NCBI GenBank assembly: GCA_000175855.1
Contig: ACYB01000047.1
Location: forward strand, 30,001-62,000
Length of the DNA: 32,000 bases
Reading direction: 5' to 3'
Origin: Raphidiopsis brookii D9
GTDB lineage: Bacteria; Cyanobacteriota; Cyanobacteriia; Cyanobacteriales; Nostocaceae
In this document: positions 20,720-30,292 of the stretch, one piece after another
How positions within the stretch are numbered: the first letter of the stretch is position 1
How the letters are laid out: each line of letters starts with the position of its first letter
The notes under the pieces: generated by a model
The model's database searches: none
What the model was told of the DNA's origin: nothing
What the model saw: the letters and a program-made list of their open reading frames with translations, nothing else
Position numbers and translations under genes: made by a program

Positions 20720-20853
20720 ATATAATTGGGTTGCTCACTAGAAACTAGATGGTAATCTTACATGTAGTTAAATACACAAGAATGTTATAAATCTTAAAGG
20801 TTTCTCACCTCAAGTTATCTATAGAAATTCAACCAGTCCTAATTGCATTTAAT

Positions 20854-21975
20854 ATGTCAAACTACCAGAAAAATGATCTACCAAATTTACTAGTTACCGG
20901 TGGTGCGGGATTTATCGGGTCTAATTTTGTCCTTCACGCTAGAAAATTAGGGTATGGTAACGTAATTAATCTAGATAAGTTAACTTATGCCAGTAACCTA
21001 CAAAACCTAGTTGAGATAGAACGGAATGAAAAATATCAAGACGGTTATAGATTCATCCAAGGAGATATTGGTAACTATGAACTAGTTAGTTACCTATTAG
21101 AAGAATATGAAGTAGATGCAGTCATAAATTTTGCAGCAGAAACACATGTTGATCGTTCTATTTTAAGTCCTGGGAATTTTATTGAAACTAATGTGGTTGG
21201 CACTTTTAAGCTTCTGGAAGCCATTAAAACCTACTGGCAAAAACTGTCATCTAAAAAACAGGAATCCTTCCGATTTTTACATATATCTACAGATGAAGTG
21301 TATGGTTCTTTAAATACTGAAGATCCAGCTTTTCGAGAAGATAGCCAATATGCGCCCAACAGTCCTTATGCAGCATCTAAAGCATCCGCAGATCATCTTG
21401 TTCGTTCTTACCATCATACTTATGGACTACCAACCTTAACCACCAATTGTTCTAATAATTATGGACCATTACAATTTCCTGAAAAACTGATTCCCTTGAT
21501 GATTATCAACGCTATAAATGGTAAGTCCCTACCCATATATGGTGATGGTCAAAACATCCGGGATTGGTTATATGTCACGGATCACTGTGATGCCATTTAT
21601 CTAGTTCTGCAGGAGGGTAGAATTGGTGAAAATTATAATATTGGGGGAATGAATGAAAAAACGAACTTAGCAGTTGTGAATAAGATTTGTGAGATATTAG
21701 AAAGACTAGCGCCCAAACCCAACTATGAATACTCATCCCTAATTACCTTTATTAAAGACCGTCCTGGCCATGACCGTAGGTATGCCATTGATTGTAGTAA
21801 AATCTCCAAAGAATTAGGTTGGCAACCCAAGGAGAACTTTGAGAGTGGATTAATCAAAACAGTGCGGTGGTATTTAGATAATGCAGCTTGGGTAGAATCC
21901 ATTCTTACTGGAGTATACCAAAACTGGATAAAACAGAACTATGAATCTCGTGAAACATCACAGTTAAAGGGGTAA
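20854..21975 (+). CDS. rfbB: dTDP-glucose 4,6-dehydratase
   Basis: 373-aa SDR-family ORF with [11 protein letters not shown], the catalytic [10 protein letters not shown] motif and STDEVYG. It is the first gene of an rfbBACD block. Confidence 0.92.
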   Translation: MSNYQKNDLPNLLVTGGAGFIGSNFVLHARKLGYGNVINLDKLTYASNLQNLVEIERNEKYQDGYRFIQGDIGNYELVSYLLEEYEVDAVINFAAETHVDRSILSPGNFIETNVVGTFKLLEAIKTYWQKLSSKKQESFRFLHISTDEVYGSLNTEDPAFREDSQYAPNSPYAASKASADHLVRSYHHTYGLPTLTTNCSNNYGPLQFPEKLIPLMIINAINGKSLPIYGDGQNIRDWLYVTDHCDAIYLVLQEGRIGENYNIGGMNEKTNLAVVNKICEILERLAPKPNYEYSSLITFIKDRPGHDRRYAIDCSKISKELGWQPKENFESGLIKTVRWYLDNAAWVESILTGVYQNWIKQNYESRETSQLKG

Positions 21976-21977
21976 GA

Positions 21978-22859
21978 ATGAAAGGAATTATTCTAGCAGG
22001 TGGTTCAGGGACAAGACTTTATCCCCTGACTCAGGTAGTTAGTAAACAGCTGATGTCTATTTATGACAAGCCGATGATTTACTATCCTTTATCCGTATTA
22101 ATGTTAGCGGGAATTAAAGAAATTTTGATTATTTCCACTCCCACAGATTTGCCACTATTTGAAAAACTGTTGAAGGATGGTAGTCAATGGGGATTGAAGT
22201 TTAGTTATGTGGAACAGCCAAAACCAGAAGGATTGGCCCAGGCTTTTATTTTGGGTAAGGACTTCATCAAAAACCAGCCTGTTTGTTTAATTTTAGGAGA
22301 TAATATATTTTATGGTCATGGGTTAACAGAAATTTTAACTCGTGCTGTGCAACTAGAGCATGGAGGGTTAGTATTTGGTTATAAAGTCACCCAACCAGAA
22401 AACTATGGTGTGATTGAATTTAACCATTTAGGAAAGGCAATTAGTATTGAAGAAAAACCAAAAGTTCCCAAATCAAAATATGCTGTTCCTGGCATTTATT
22501 TCTACGATAGTCGGGTAGTAGAAATCGCTGGTAGTTTAAAACCTTCTGCGCGGGGTGAATTAGAAATTACAGATATCAATTTGACCTATCTCCGACAAGA
22601 GCAATTAAGGGTAGAAATTTTGGGACGTGGATATGCTTGGTTAGATACGGGTACCCATGAGTCCCTACATCAAGCTAGCAATTTCATTTATACTTTAGAA
22701 GAAAGACAAGGGGTAAAAATTGCCTGCATTGAAGAAATTGCCTACAATCAGGGATATATTGATCGTCCCCAACTCCAGTTTTTAGTAGATTCTATGGGTA
22801 AAAGTAGTTATGGGACGTATTTGCGACGAATTTTACAAGATGAAATTAGTTTTAAATAG
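21978..22859 (+). CDS. rfbA: glucose-1-phosphate thymidylyltransferase
   Basis: 293-aa ORF with [18 protein letters not shown] and LGDNIFYG, typical RmlA. It starts 2 nt after the rfbB stop. Confidence 0.95.
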   Translation: MKGIILAGGSGTRLYPLTQVVSKQLMSIYDKPMIYYPLSVLMLAGIKEILIISTPTDLPLFEKLLKDGSQWGLKFSYVEQPKPEGLAQAFILGKDFIKNQPVCLILGDNIFYGHGLTEILTRAVQLEHGGLVFGYKVTQPENYGVIEFNHLGKAISIEEKPKVPKSKYAVPGIYFYDSRVVEIAGSLKPSARGELEITDINLTYLRQEQLRVEILGRGYAWLDTGTHESLHQASNFIYTLEERQGVKIACIEEIAYNQGYIDRPQLQFLVDSMGKSSYGTYLRRILQDEISFK

Positions 22860-22917
22860 TGTTTATTAAATATTTTTGAGTAATTTTTAAATAATCAAAT
22901 AAAGCCAGGAGAGTTTT

Positions 22918-23463
22918 ATGAAAGTAAGCAAGACAGAAATTCCAGACGTGCTACTAATTGAACCGCAGGTTTTTGGTGATGAGCGGGGTTTTTTCTATGA
23001 GAGTTTTAATGAAAAGCTGTTTGCACAAAAAACGGGAATATCACCTCACTTTGTTCAGGATAATCACTCTCGCTCTGGCAAAAATGTGCTGCGAGGGTTA
23101 CACTATCAAATTCAGCAACCGCAAGGAAAATTAGTTCGTGTTACAGCTGGTGAAGTTTTTGATATTGCTGTTGATTTAAGGAAGAGTTCCCCTACCTTTT
23201 CTCAATGGGTAGGTGTGTATATATCATCAGCTAATAAGCATCAACTTTGGATTCCACCAGGTTTTGCCCATGGTTTTTTAGTCCTATCAGAATATGCAGA
23301 TTTCTTGTATAAAACTACGGATTACTACGCACAAAAATCTGAGCGGACTATTTTATGGAACGATCCAGATTTAGCTATTTCTTGGCCAATTGGGGATGAA
23401 CCAATAGTTTCTTCCAAGGATAAATCTGCTCAATTATTTTCCCAAGCGGAGGTTTACCCATGA
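22918..23463 (+). CDS. rfbC: dTDP-4-dehydrorhamnose 3,5-epimerase
   Basis: 181-aa ORF with the cupin-type RmlC motifs FGDERGFF, RGLHYQ and KLVRV. AGGAG lies upstream. Confidence 0.95.
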   Translation: MKVSKTEIPDVLLIEPQVFGDERGFFYESFNEKLFAQKTGISPHFVQDNHSRSGKNVLRGLHYQIQQPQGKLVRVTAGEVFDIAVDLRKSSPTFSQWVGVYISSANKHQLWIPPGFAHGFLVLSEYADFLYKTTDYYAQKSERTILWNDPDLAISWPIGDEPIVSSKDKSAQLFSQAEVYP

Positions 23464-24371
23464 AAATTCTTTTAACTGGTATTTCTGGTCAGGTAGGTTG
23501 GGAATTACAACGCAGTTTGATGACTGTGGGGGATGTGATTTGTTTAGGGAGAAATGAATTAGACTTATCCCGATGTGAAACAATTACCTCCACAATTAGG
23601 GAGATAAAACCAGATTTAATTGTCAATCCTGCTGCTTATACTGCGGTGGATAGAGCAGAATCAGAACCAGATTTAGCTATGTCTATTAATGGTGTTGCTC
23701 CTGGTATTCTTGCTGAGGAAGCAAAAAGGTTAGGAGGTGCTATCATTCACTATTCTACCGATTATGTTTTTGATGGCAATCAAAATACTCCCTATAAGGA
23801 AAATGACTCAACCTTTCCACAAAATGTTTATGGAAAAACTAAGTTAGCAGGGGAAAAAGCTATTCAAGCTGTTGGCGTAAATCACCTGATTTTTCGTACT
23901 AGTTGGGTTTATGGTTTAAGAGGTAATAATTTTTTATTAACTATGCAAAGATTAGCCAAGGAAAGAGAAGAAATTCGAGTGGTTGATGACCAAATTGGAT
24001 CACCTACTTGGAGCAGAATGATCGCAGAAGTAACCGCCCAAATGATTGCCCAAATTCGCTGTCAAATGGTGATTTCAGGTGGTGATTATCTGGCTAATTT
24101 TATGGCTGAGAAAGGGGGAATATATCACCTATCCTCTGAGGGAAAAACCAGCTGGTACGGGTTTGCCAAAGCTATTCTCATCGATAAATTTGCTGATGAT
24201 CAATATGGTCAATACAAGTTACAAAGGTTAGTCCCAATCACTACACCAGAATATCCCACACCTGCACCTAGACCTGGTTATTCTCTATTAGACAACCAAA
24301 AATTATTTGATACTTTTGGTTTGAAAATATCAAATTGGCAACAAGTCTTAGGTTTGGCTCTCGATGGTTAG
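23460..24371 (+). CDS. rfbD: dTDP-4-dehydrorhamnose reductase
   Basis: 303-aa ORF with RmlD-type sequence (MKILLTGISGQVG, AAYTAVD, STDYVFDG, YGKTK). An ATGA start/stop overlap with rfbC is present. Confidence 0.92.
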   Translation: MKILLTGISGQVGWELQRSLMTVGDVICLGRNELDLSRCETITSTIREIKPDLIVNPAAYTAVDRAESEPDLAMSINGVAPGILAEEAKRLGGAIIHYSTDYVFDGNQNTPYKENDSTFPQNVYGKTKLAGEKAIQAVGVNHLIFRTSWVYGLRGNNFLLTMQRLAKEREEIRVVDDQIGSPTWSRMIAEVTAQMIAQIRCQMVISGGDYLANFMAEKGGIYHLSSEGKTSWYGFAKAILIDKFADDQYGQYKLQRLVPITTPEYPTPAPRPGYSLLDNQKLFDTFGLKISNWQQVLGLALDG

Positions 24372-24396
24372 TTTATTAATCTTTTCTAACAATCTT

Positions 24397-25965
24397 TTAG
24401 TCTTCATCCTCCTCCTCTAAATCCAAATCACCATTTTCTAGAGACTGATGGGGAATAGCTGCAATAATAGCATCTATAACTTTAGAAACTTCTAATATTT
24501 CTATCTTTAAATCAGGAAACTTCTGTCCCTTGGGTATGATTGCTCGTTTAAATCCTAATTTTGCAGCTTCCTTTAATCTCAGCTCCATTTGGGATACTGA
24601 CCTTACTTGTCCCCCTAAACCTACTTCCCCTATTAATACTGTTTGCGGGTCAACTATTCTATCTCGAAAACTAGCAACAATCGCAACTGCAATCCCTAAA
24701 TCAACCGCAGGTTCTTCTACGCTTAAACCACCCGCAGACGCAACATAGGAGTCTAATTTTGACATGGGCACTCCCACTCGTTTTTCTAATACAGCTAAGA
24801 TTTGTACCAATCGGTTAAAATCCACACCTGTTCCAGCCCTGCGGGGTGAAGGATAACTTGTAGGACTAACTAAGGCTTGTAGTTCCACAACTATTGGTCT
24901 CGTACCTTCACAAGCAACTACAATAGCAGTACCAGGAGAAGGTTCATCCCGGTTTCCCAGGAATAACTCCGAGGGATTAGGGACTTCTCTTAACCCATTA
25001 GACACCATTTCGAATATACCAATTTCATGGGTAGCTCCGAAACGATTTTTTACAGTTCTTAATAATCTATGGGAAGCAAAGCGATCGCCCTCAAAATATA
25101 AAACCGTATCGACTAGGTGTTCTAAAACTCTTGGTCCAGCAATAGTTCCCTCTTTGGTAACATGACCCACAATTAACATGGTAATATCTTCATGTTTAGC
25201 CACTTTCATCAAAGCTGCGGTACATTCCCGAACTTGAGCTACAGAACCAGGAGCAGATGTGAGTGCAGGAAAGAAAACTGTTTGTATACTGTCAATTACT
25301 GCAAGATTTGGCTTGAGAGAGTCAATTTCTCGGAGAATTTCCTCTAAATCTGTTTCCGGAAGGACATACAAGTCAGAGCTGATGGTGTGGTGTTCCACGG
25401 TAACCCGGTGGTTATCTTCCACAGCATCCCCGACATTATTCCCCGGATCTGTTTCAGGTAGTGGGTGAGAACTTTCCGAGCTGGTATTGCTATCCTCCAT
25501 GGAAACCACCTGGAGAGGTTTGGACATCCCTAAACGAGAAGCGCGTAATTTTACCTGTTGTCCGGATTCTTCTCCGGTCACATAAAGAATACGATATCGC
25601 TGGGATAGTTCATTAGATACTTGGAGTAATAGAGTAGATTTGCCAATACCTGGATCTCCACCAATGAGAACCATAGATCCCGGAACCACACCACCACCAA
25701 GCACCCTATCCAATTCCGAATATCCCGATTCCCATCGAGCAATTTGGCGATCGCTAATTTGGTCAAAAGTCAGTGATGCTCTGGGTTTAGAAGGCTTAGT
25801 GGATTTAGCAGATGGTTGGGCGCTGTGCCAACCACCCACACCGAAGGAATTGGCATTTTGTTCCACGAGGGAATCATAAGTGTCACAATTAGAACATTTA
25901 CCAAACCATTGGGAAAACTCAGACCCACAATTGCTGCAAATAAAAATTGTCTTTGGCTTTGCCAT
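24397..25965 (-). CDS. radA: DNA repair protein RadA (Sms)
   Basis: 522-aa ORF with an N-terminal C4 zinc finger (CSNCGSEFSQWFGKCSNC), Walker A (GDPGIGKST), KNRFG and a Lon-like C-terminal domain. It also has a ~50-aa acidic insertion and an acidic tail. Confidence 0.93.
   Translation of the reverse strand: MAKPKTIFICSNCGSEFSQWFGKCSNCDTYDSLVEQNANSFGVGGWHSAQPSAKSTKPSKPRASLTFDQISDRQIARWESGYSELDRVLGGGVVPGSMVLIGGDPGIGKSTLLLQVSNELSQRYRILYVTGEESGQQVKLRASRLGMSKPLQVVSMEDSNTSSESSHPLPETDPGNNVGDAVEDNHRVTVEHHTISSDLYVLPETDLEEILREIDSLKPNLAVIDSIQTVFFPALTSAPGSVAQVRECTAALMKVAKHEDITMLIVGHVTKEGTIAGPRVLEHLVDTVLYFEGDRFASHRLLRTVKNRFGATHEIGIFEMVSNGLREVPNPSELFLGNRDEPSPGTAIVVACEGTRPIVVELQALVSPTSYPSPRRAGTGVDFNRLVQILAVLEKRVGVPMSKLDSYVASAGGLSVEEPAVDLGIAVAIVASFRDRIVDPQTVLIGEVGLGGQVRSVSQMELRLKEAAKLGFKRAIIPKGQKFPDLKIEILEVSKVIDAIIAAIPHQSLENGDLDLEEEDED
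25081..25088. repeat. HIP1 octamer
   Basis: Perfect GCGATCGC. Confidence 0.95.
25747..25754. repeat. HIP1 octamer
   Basis: Perfect GCGATCGC. Confidence 0.95.
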
Positions 25966-26144
25966 GGGTAATATTAAAAAACATTAAAATTTGGTCAGAC
26001 CTAAGAAAAGGTAAAAGAGGCAAAACTAGTAAGTAGTAGAAATTGCTTTTTTAGCTTTTTTGAGTTAATAGGTAGAATGATATCTTAATATTATGTATGG
26101 TATGAAAATTCCGCAAAACAAAATTTAACGGAGAGTAGGAAAAC

Positions 26145-26873
26145 TTGGAAAGTAATAAGGAAAAAATCCTCGTAGTGGACGATGAAGCAAGCATTCGGCG
26201 GATTTTAGAAACACGCCTTTCCATGATTGGTTATGATGTGGTAACTGCAGGTGATGGAGAAGAGGCTTTGGAAACCTTCCGCAAAGCAAATCCGGATCTA
26301 GTAGTTTTAGACGTGATGATGCCTAAACTAGATGGATATGGAGTATGTCAAGAGCTGCGTAAAGAATCTGATGTCCCCATTATCATGCTTACAGCTTTAG
26401 GGGATGTAGCCGATCGGATTACAGGTTTAGAATTGGGTGCAGATGACTACGTAGTCAAACCCTTCTCCCCCAAGGAACTGGAAGCGCGGATTCGTTCAGT
26501 TTTACGTAGGGTTGATAAAAATGGGACTACTGGTATTCCCAGTTCCGGGGTCATTCATGTTGGCAATATCAAAATAGATACAAATAAGCGACAAGTTTAT
26601 AAAGGTGATGAACGGATTCGACTAACTGGTATGGAATTTAGTCTATTAGAATTATTAGTGAGTCGTTCTGGAGAAGCATTTTCCCGTTCTGAAATCTTAC
26701 AAGAGGTGTGGGGATATACACCAGAGCGTCATGTAGATACTCGGGTGGTAGATGTTCATATTTCTCGGTTGCGGGCTAAATTAGAAGACGATCCCAGTAA
26801 TCCAGAATTAATCTTAACTGCGAGGGGAACAGGTTATCTTTTTCAACGCATCCTGGAACCAGGGGAAGATTAA
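26145..26873 (+). CDS. rpaB: OmpR-family response regulator RpaB (Ycf27/Rre26 type)
   Basis: 242-aa ORF starting at TTG, preceded by GGAGAG. KEKILVVDDEASIRRILETRLSMIGY...DVMMPKLDGYGVCQELRKESDVPIIMLTALGDVADRITGLELGADDYVVKPFSPKELEARIRSVLRR is near-identical to RpaB sequences as I remember them. Confidence 0.9.
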   Translation: MESNKEKILVVDDEASIRRILETRLSMIGYDVVTAGDGEEALETFRKANPDLVVLDVMMPKLDGYGVCQELRKESDVPIIMLTALGDVADRITGLELGADDYVVKPFSPKELEARIRSVLRRVDKNGTTGIPSSGVIHVGNIKIDTNKRQVYKGDERIRLTGMEFSLLELLVSRSGEAFSRSEILQEVWGYTPERHVDTRVVDVHISRLRAKLEDDPSNPELILTARGTGYLFQRILEPGED

Positions 26874-27418
26874 TGACTACTAAATCTGATCCAAATAGAA
26901 TTTTACGCCTTCTCCCCCTAGTAGTTGGAAGTCTGGGTACTGTACTGTTATTGGTCAATCGTGTGTTGACACCCCAGCTGACAGAATCTCAAGCTAGGGG
27001 GGATGTTTTGGGGGTGATACTCAGTGCAGTTTTAATCCTCACTGGACTAATTTGGCAACAAGTACAACCCAAATCCCCTGATACTGTGGAGTTGATTGGG
27101 AAAGAAGGATTTATTCTAGCATCAGATTTACCAGAAACAATCAAGACCGAATTGGCTTGGGCATCCCGTTTATTATTAACTAATACAGTTACGCGATCGC
27201 TCGTTGTTTATTATAAAGGTCAGGTTCTGTTAAGACGTGGAATTTTAGGTTCTAAAGCAGAGGTAACACCCGGACCGATATTAGAGAGAGTTCTGGGGAC
27301 TCAAAAACCAATTTATCTAGTTGCGCTCAGAGTTTACCCTGGCAAAATTGAATTTGATTATTTACCGGACAACACACAGGGTGTAATTTGTCAACCTATT
27401 GGTAAAGAGGGGTACTAA
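26873..27418 (+). CDS. membrane protein resembling the cyanobacterial 'cofactor assembly of complex C subunit B' (CCB-like) family; C-terminus truncated by a frameshift as sequenced
   Basis: 181-aa ORF whose ATG overlaps the rpaB stop (TAATG). It has two N-terminal TM helices. After the G4 run at 27409-27412 the -1 frame stays open for 36 more codons (VLILGANAPRSYTKQDENWIEGIADKLAVTLENRTE, stop 27520-27522). The family name is from memory only. Confidence 0.6.
   Translation: MTTKSDPNRILRLLPLVVGSLGTVLLLVNRVLTPQLTESQARGDVLGVILSAVLILTGLIWQQVQPKSPDTVELIGKEGFILASDLPETIKTELAWASRLLLTNTVTRSLVVYYKGQVLLRRGILGSKAEVTPGPILERVLGTQKPIYLVALRVYPGKIEFDYLPDNTQGVICQPIGKEGY
27193..27200. repeat. HIP1 octamer
   Basis: Perfect GCGATCGC. 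Confidence 0.95.
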
Positions 27419-27591
27419 TCCTAGGAGCAAATGCTCCCCGTAGCTATACAAAACAGGATGAAAATTGGATTGAGGGTATTGCGGACAAATTAGCAGTTAC
27501 CCTGGAAAACAGAACGGAGTAGCAAACAAGCTAATTAGGTCTTGCTAAATAAATATAAAACCCAAAGCAACCGTCTATCTTATTCTCGACT

Positions 27592-27629
27592 TTTTCAGCG
27601 AACCCCAGGTATCATATAATTTTACCTGG
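27592..27629 (+). promoter_or_regulatory. candidate psaK promoter with the -10 box embedded in an inverted repeat
   Basis: TTTTCA (27592-27597), a 17-nt spacer, then TATAAT (27615-27620). A 7-bp inverted repeat, ccaggta (27605-27611) and tacctgg (27623-27629), brackets the -10 box. It lies about 90 nt upstream of the psaK start. Confidence 0.45.
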
Positions 27630-27713
27630 TCTGCTATAGGCAAATCCTTCCCCGGTTTTATCTACTGGGGTTAGCCCTTATTATCCACTCACATTAGTCA
27701 AGGAGAATATCTA

Positions 27714-27977
27714 GTGTTAACCTCCACCCTACTTGCTGTTACCGCAACTGCTCCCCTAACCTGGAGCCCCAGTGTTGGCATTATTATGTTGGTGGCCAAT
27801 ATTTTTGCTGCTGCTTTCGGTAAATTTACTATCGAGTACCCCAGTGCACCACCCTCTACACCATCTGCTAATTTTTTTGGTGGATTCGGCATACCAGCGG
27901 TTCTGGCAACTACTGCTTTTGGCCATATTCTGGGAGCAGGTGTAATCTTGGGACTTCACAGCATCGGTAAAATTTAA
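27714..27977 (+). CDS. psaK: photosystem I reaction centre subunit PsaK
   Basis: 87-aa ORF with a GTG start and AAGGAG (27700-27705) 8 nt upstream. MLTSTLLAV...WSPSVGIIM...FFGGFG.PA.LATTAFGHILG.G..LGL matches PsaK. Confidence 0.9.
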   Translation: MLTSTLLAVTATAPLTWSPSVGIIMLVANIFAAAFGKFTIEYPSAPPSTPSANFFGGFGIPAVLATTAFGHILGAGVILGLHSIGKI

Positions 27978-27995
27978 TTCCTAGCACTTCCCAAA

Positions 27996-28053
27996 CATTG
28001 ATAGCAGCTCGACAATACTCTAATCATTAGTTTTGCCCTGTCCACTATCAATG
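27996..28053. repeat. 9-bp perfect inverted repeat between convergent psaK and apcD
   Basis: cattgatag (27996-28004) and ctatcaatg (28045-28053) are separated by 40 nt. It could close a long hairpin acting on either transcript's 3' end. No clear U-tract is present. Confidence 0.35.
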
Positions 28054-28095
28054 CTTGGGGTATTGAACCTAAATATCTCCTGAGCAATGGCTGGA

Positions 28096-28581
28096 TCAGG
28101 ACATGGACTGAATGATATAATCAAAGTACGGTTCGGTAGCTGCTGCATCCTCACCACTTAATAGGTCTAAGGATGCTTGTTTGAGGCAGTTAATAGCTTC
28201 TACCATACCTGGTACTGGAACACCCAGGGAATTGTACATTTCCCGTACACCAATCAGACCAATTTTTTCAATTGGGTCCTTGTCCCCAGCTAGAACTCCA
28301 TAAGTGATCAGGCGTAAATACCATCCGAAATCACGGATACATAGAGAACGCTGTTTATCACCGTAGGCATTGCCACCCGGAGAAATAAAGTCAGGGCGCT
28401 TTTGCCAGAGTTTTTTGGTAGCTTCCTGAACAATCTTTTTTTCGTTTTCCGCTAGGGTAGCAGCGATTCTTGTTCGCTGAACTCCTGTTTGAAAAAAATC
28501 TTTGATGCTTTTTAGTTCGCCACTGCTAGGGTAACGCAGTTCATCATCGGCTTGTAGAATAACTTGGCTAATTACGGTCAT
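28096..28581 (-). CDS. apcD: allophycocyanin alpha-B subunit
   Basis: 161-aa [68 protein letters not shown]...[20 protein letters not shown] is near-identical to ApcD as I remember it. Confidence 0.9.
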   Translation of the reverse strand: MTVISQVILQADDELRYPSSGELKSIKDFFQTGVQRTRIAATLAENEKKIVQEATKKLWQKRPDFISPGGNAYGDKQRSLCIRDFGWYLRLITYGVLAGDKDPIEKIGLIGVREMYNSLGVPVPGMVEAINCLKQASLDLLSGEDAAATEPYFDYIIQSMS

Positions 28582-28667
28582 GATTATGTAATCACGGAAA
28601 ATATATTATTTCCTATTTTAACCATTTTTGGGTGCAGAAGTGAAGGGTGAACCTGAGTATGGTTGGT

Positions 28668-28685
28668 ATTGTAAAATGTAGTAAT
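28668..28685 (-). promoter_or_regulatory. HLR1-like direct repeat (possible RpaB site) upstream of apcD
   Basis: The minus strand reads ATTACTAC-AT-TTTACAAT. The second half fits (G/T)TTACA(T/A)(T/A) perfectly and the first half has 3 mismatches. Spacing is 2 nt. It lies 87-104 nt upstream of the apcD ATG. Confidence 0.25.
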
Positions 28686-28686
28686 A

Positions 28687-30057
28687 GTGATAGTAATGAA
28701 TGATATAGTTTGGCAACAGGGGAAAATTATAGAGCTGGAAATTTCCGATCTCAACGACGATGGGGAAGGTGTGGGAAGGTTTGAAGGTAGAGTTGTTTTT
28801 GTCCCCCATACTGTGGTGGGCGATCGCCTGCTGGTTCGTTTACTCAGGGTGAGGAATAAATATGCCCATGGGGTTGTCACGGCTATATTCCAACCTTCTT
28901 TGCAAAGAACTCGTCCCCAATGTATTGTTGCTGATAAATGTGGAGGTTGTCAATGGCAACACATAAGTTATGAATATCAATTACAGGTTAAGCAAAACCA
29001 GGTAATTCAGGCTTTAGAAAGAATTGGCAATTTTGTTAACCCACCAGTAGCACCAGTTTTAACCACAAATTCACCCTTGGGTTATCGTAATAAAGCTACT
29101 TATCCTATAAAAACTTCGTCTACAGGACAAGTTCAAGCTGGTTACTATCAAAAAGGCACTCATTTACTAATTAATTTAAATCAGTGTCCAGTACAAGACC
29201 CTCGATTAAATCCCCTATTGACGGAAATTAAACAGGATATTCAAAAGCAAGGTTGGTCAGTATATGATGAGAATCGTCATCAAGGGGAAATTCGCCATCT
29301 GGGTTTACGGATTGGTCGTTATACAGGGGAAATTCTGTTGACCCTAGTAGTCAAAAATGGTCAGTTACCGGGAATTGAAATCCAAGCACAGGAATGGTTA
29401 CACCGTTACCCTCAATTGGTGGGAATTTGTTTGAATCATAATGGCGATCGCACAAATGCCATATTTGGAAGGGTAACAACCTGCATTGCAGGAGTCCCCT
29501 ATCTTAGGGAACGATTTGCTGGATTGGAATTTAAGGTGCGACCGGACACTTTTTTTCAAGTTTACACTGAAACAGCAGAAGCACTTCTAGAGGTAATTCA
29601 ATCACAACTGAATTTACAGGGTGATGAAATTCTTGTTGATGCTTATTGTGGTATTGGTACTTTAACTCTACCACTAGCAAAACAGGCACGTCAGACTATT
29701 GGCTTAGAAATACAACCAGCAGCAGTAGAGCAAGCTATATGCAATGCTCAACATAACGGAATCATTAATGCCAAATTCCAAATAGGAGCAGTAGAGGATA
29801 TTTTACCCAAATTAGAGACAGTGCCAGACATTGTCCTTCTTGATCCACCACGCAAGGGATGTGAATCCATCGTACTAGAATCCCTACTAAAGCTAAAACC
29901 TAAGAAAATAGCTTATATAAGTTGTAAAGCATCCACTTTAGCTCGTGACTTGAGCTTATTATGTGCCAGTAGCGAGTATAAGCTAAAAAAGGTGCAACCA
30001 GCGGACTTTTTCCCTCACACACCCCATGTAGAAACAGTGGCCTTTCTAGAAAGATGA
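28687..30057 (+). CDS. rlmD: 23S rRNA (uracil-C5)-methyltransferase, RlmD/RumA family (TRAM + Fe-S + SAM-MTase)
   Basis: 456-aa ORF; the ATG at 28696 (MNDIVWQQG) is the more likely start. It has a TRAM domain, a Cys cluster (CGGCQWQH ... C), the SAM motif DAYCGIGT and DPPRKG. Confidence 0.85.
   Translation: MIVMNDIVWQQGKIIELEISDLNDDGEGVGRFEGRVVFVPHTVVGDRLLVRLLRVRNKYAHGVVTAIFQPSLQRTRPQCIVADKCGGCQWQHISYEYQLQVKQNQVIQALERIGNFVNPPVAPVLTTNSPLGYRNKATYPIKTSSTGQVQAGYYQKGTHLLINLNQCPVQDPRLNPLLTEIKQDIQKQGWSVYDENRHQGEIRHLGLRIGRYTGEILLTLVVKNGQLPGIEIQAQEWLHRYPQLVGICLNHNGDRTNAIFGRVTTCIAGVPYLRERFAGLEFKVRPDTFFQVYTETAEALLEVIQSQLNLQGDEILVDAYCGIGTLTLPLAKQARQTIGLEIQPAAVEQAICNAQHNGIINAKFQIGAVEDILPKLETVPDIVLLDPPRKGCESIVLESLLKLKPKKIAYISCKASTLARDLSLLCASSEYKLKKVQPADFFPHTPHVETVAFLER
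28820..28827. repeat. HIP1 octamer
   Basis: Perfect GCGATCGC. Confidence 0.95.
29444..29451. repeat. HIP1 octamer
   Basis: Perfect GCGATCGC. Confidence 0.95.
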
Positions 30058-30292
30058 ACCAACAAAAAAGAAAAATAATAATAATGAAAAAACAGCTTGT
30101 CTATTGGGTGATAGTGATGCTAGGATGAGAGAAAGATAAGGAATGAAGTCCTTGCATATCAGCAGGATTAATTAATTATCGAAAACATTAGAAATTGGCT
30201 CCAACCAGGTGCAGTTTTCCTATGAATGACCAATTACAGTTATCTAGTACAGAGTCTAATTATGAATAAGTTTAAATAGGTTTTGTGTAAAG

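Noticed and set aside
28584-28880. Minus-strand ORFs 28584..28880 and 28618..28809 upstream of apcD.
   Set aside because: They overlap the rlmD 5' end and the apcD/rlmD intergenic region. The products are low complexity (runs of T/S/I/Y).
30084-30128. A 14-codon hydrophobic mini-ORF (MKKQLVYWVIVMLG) downstream of rlmD.
   Set aside because: It is too short to span a membrane, has no SD, and lies in an A-rich tract. No supporting evidence is available from sequence alone.
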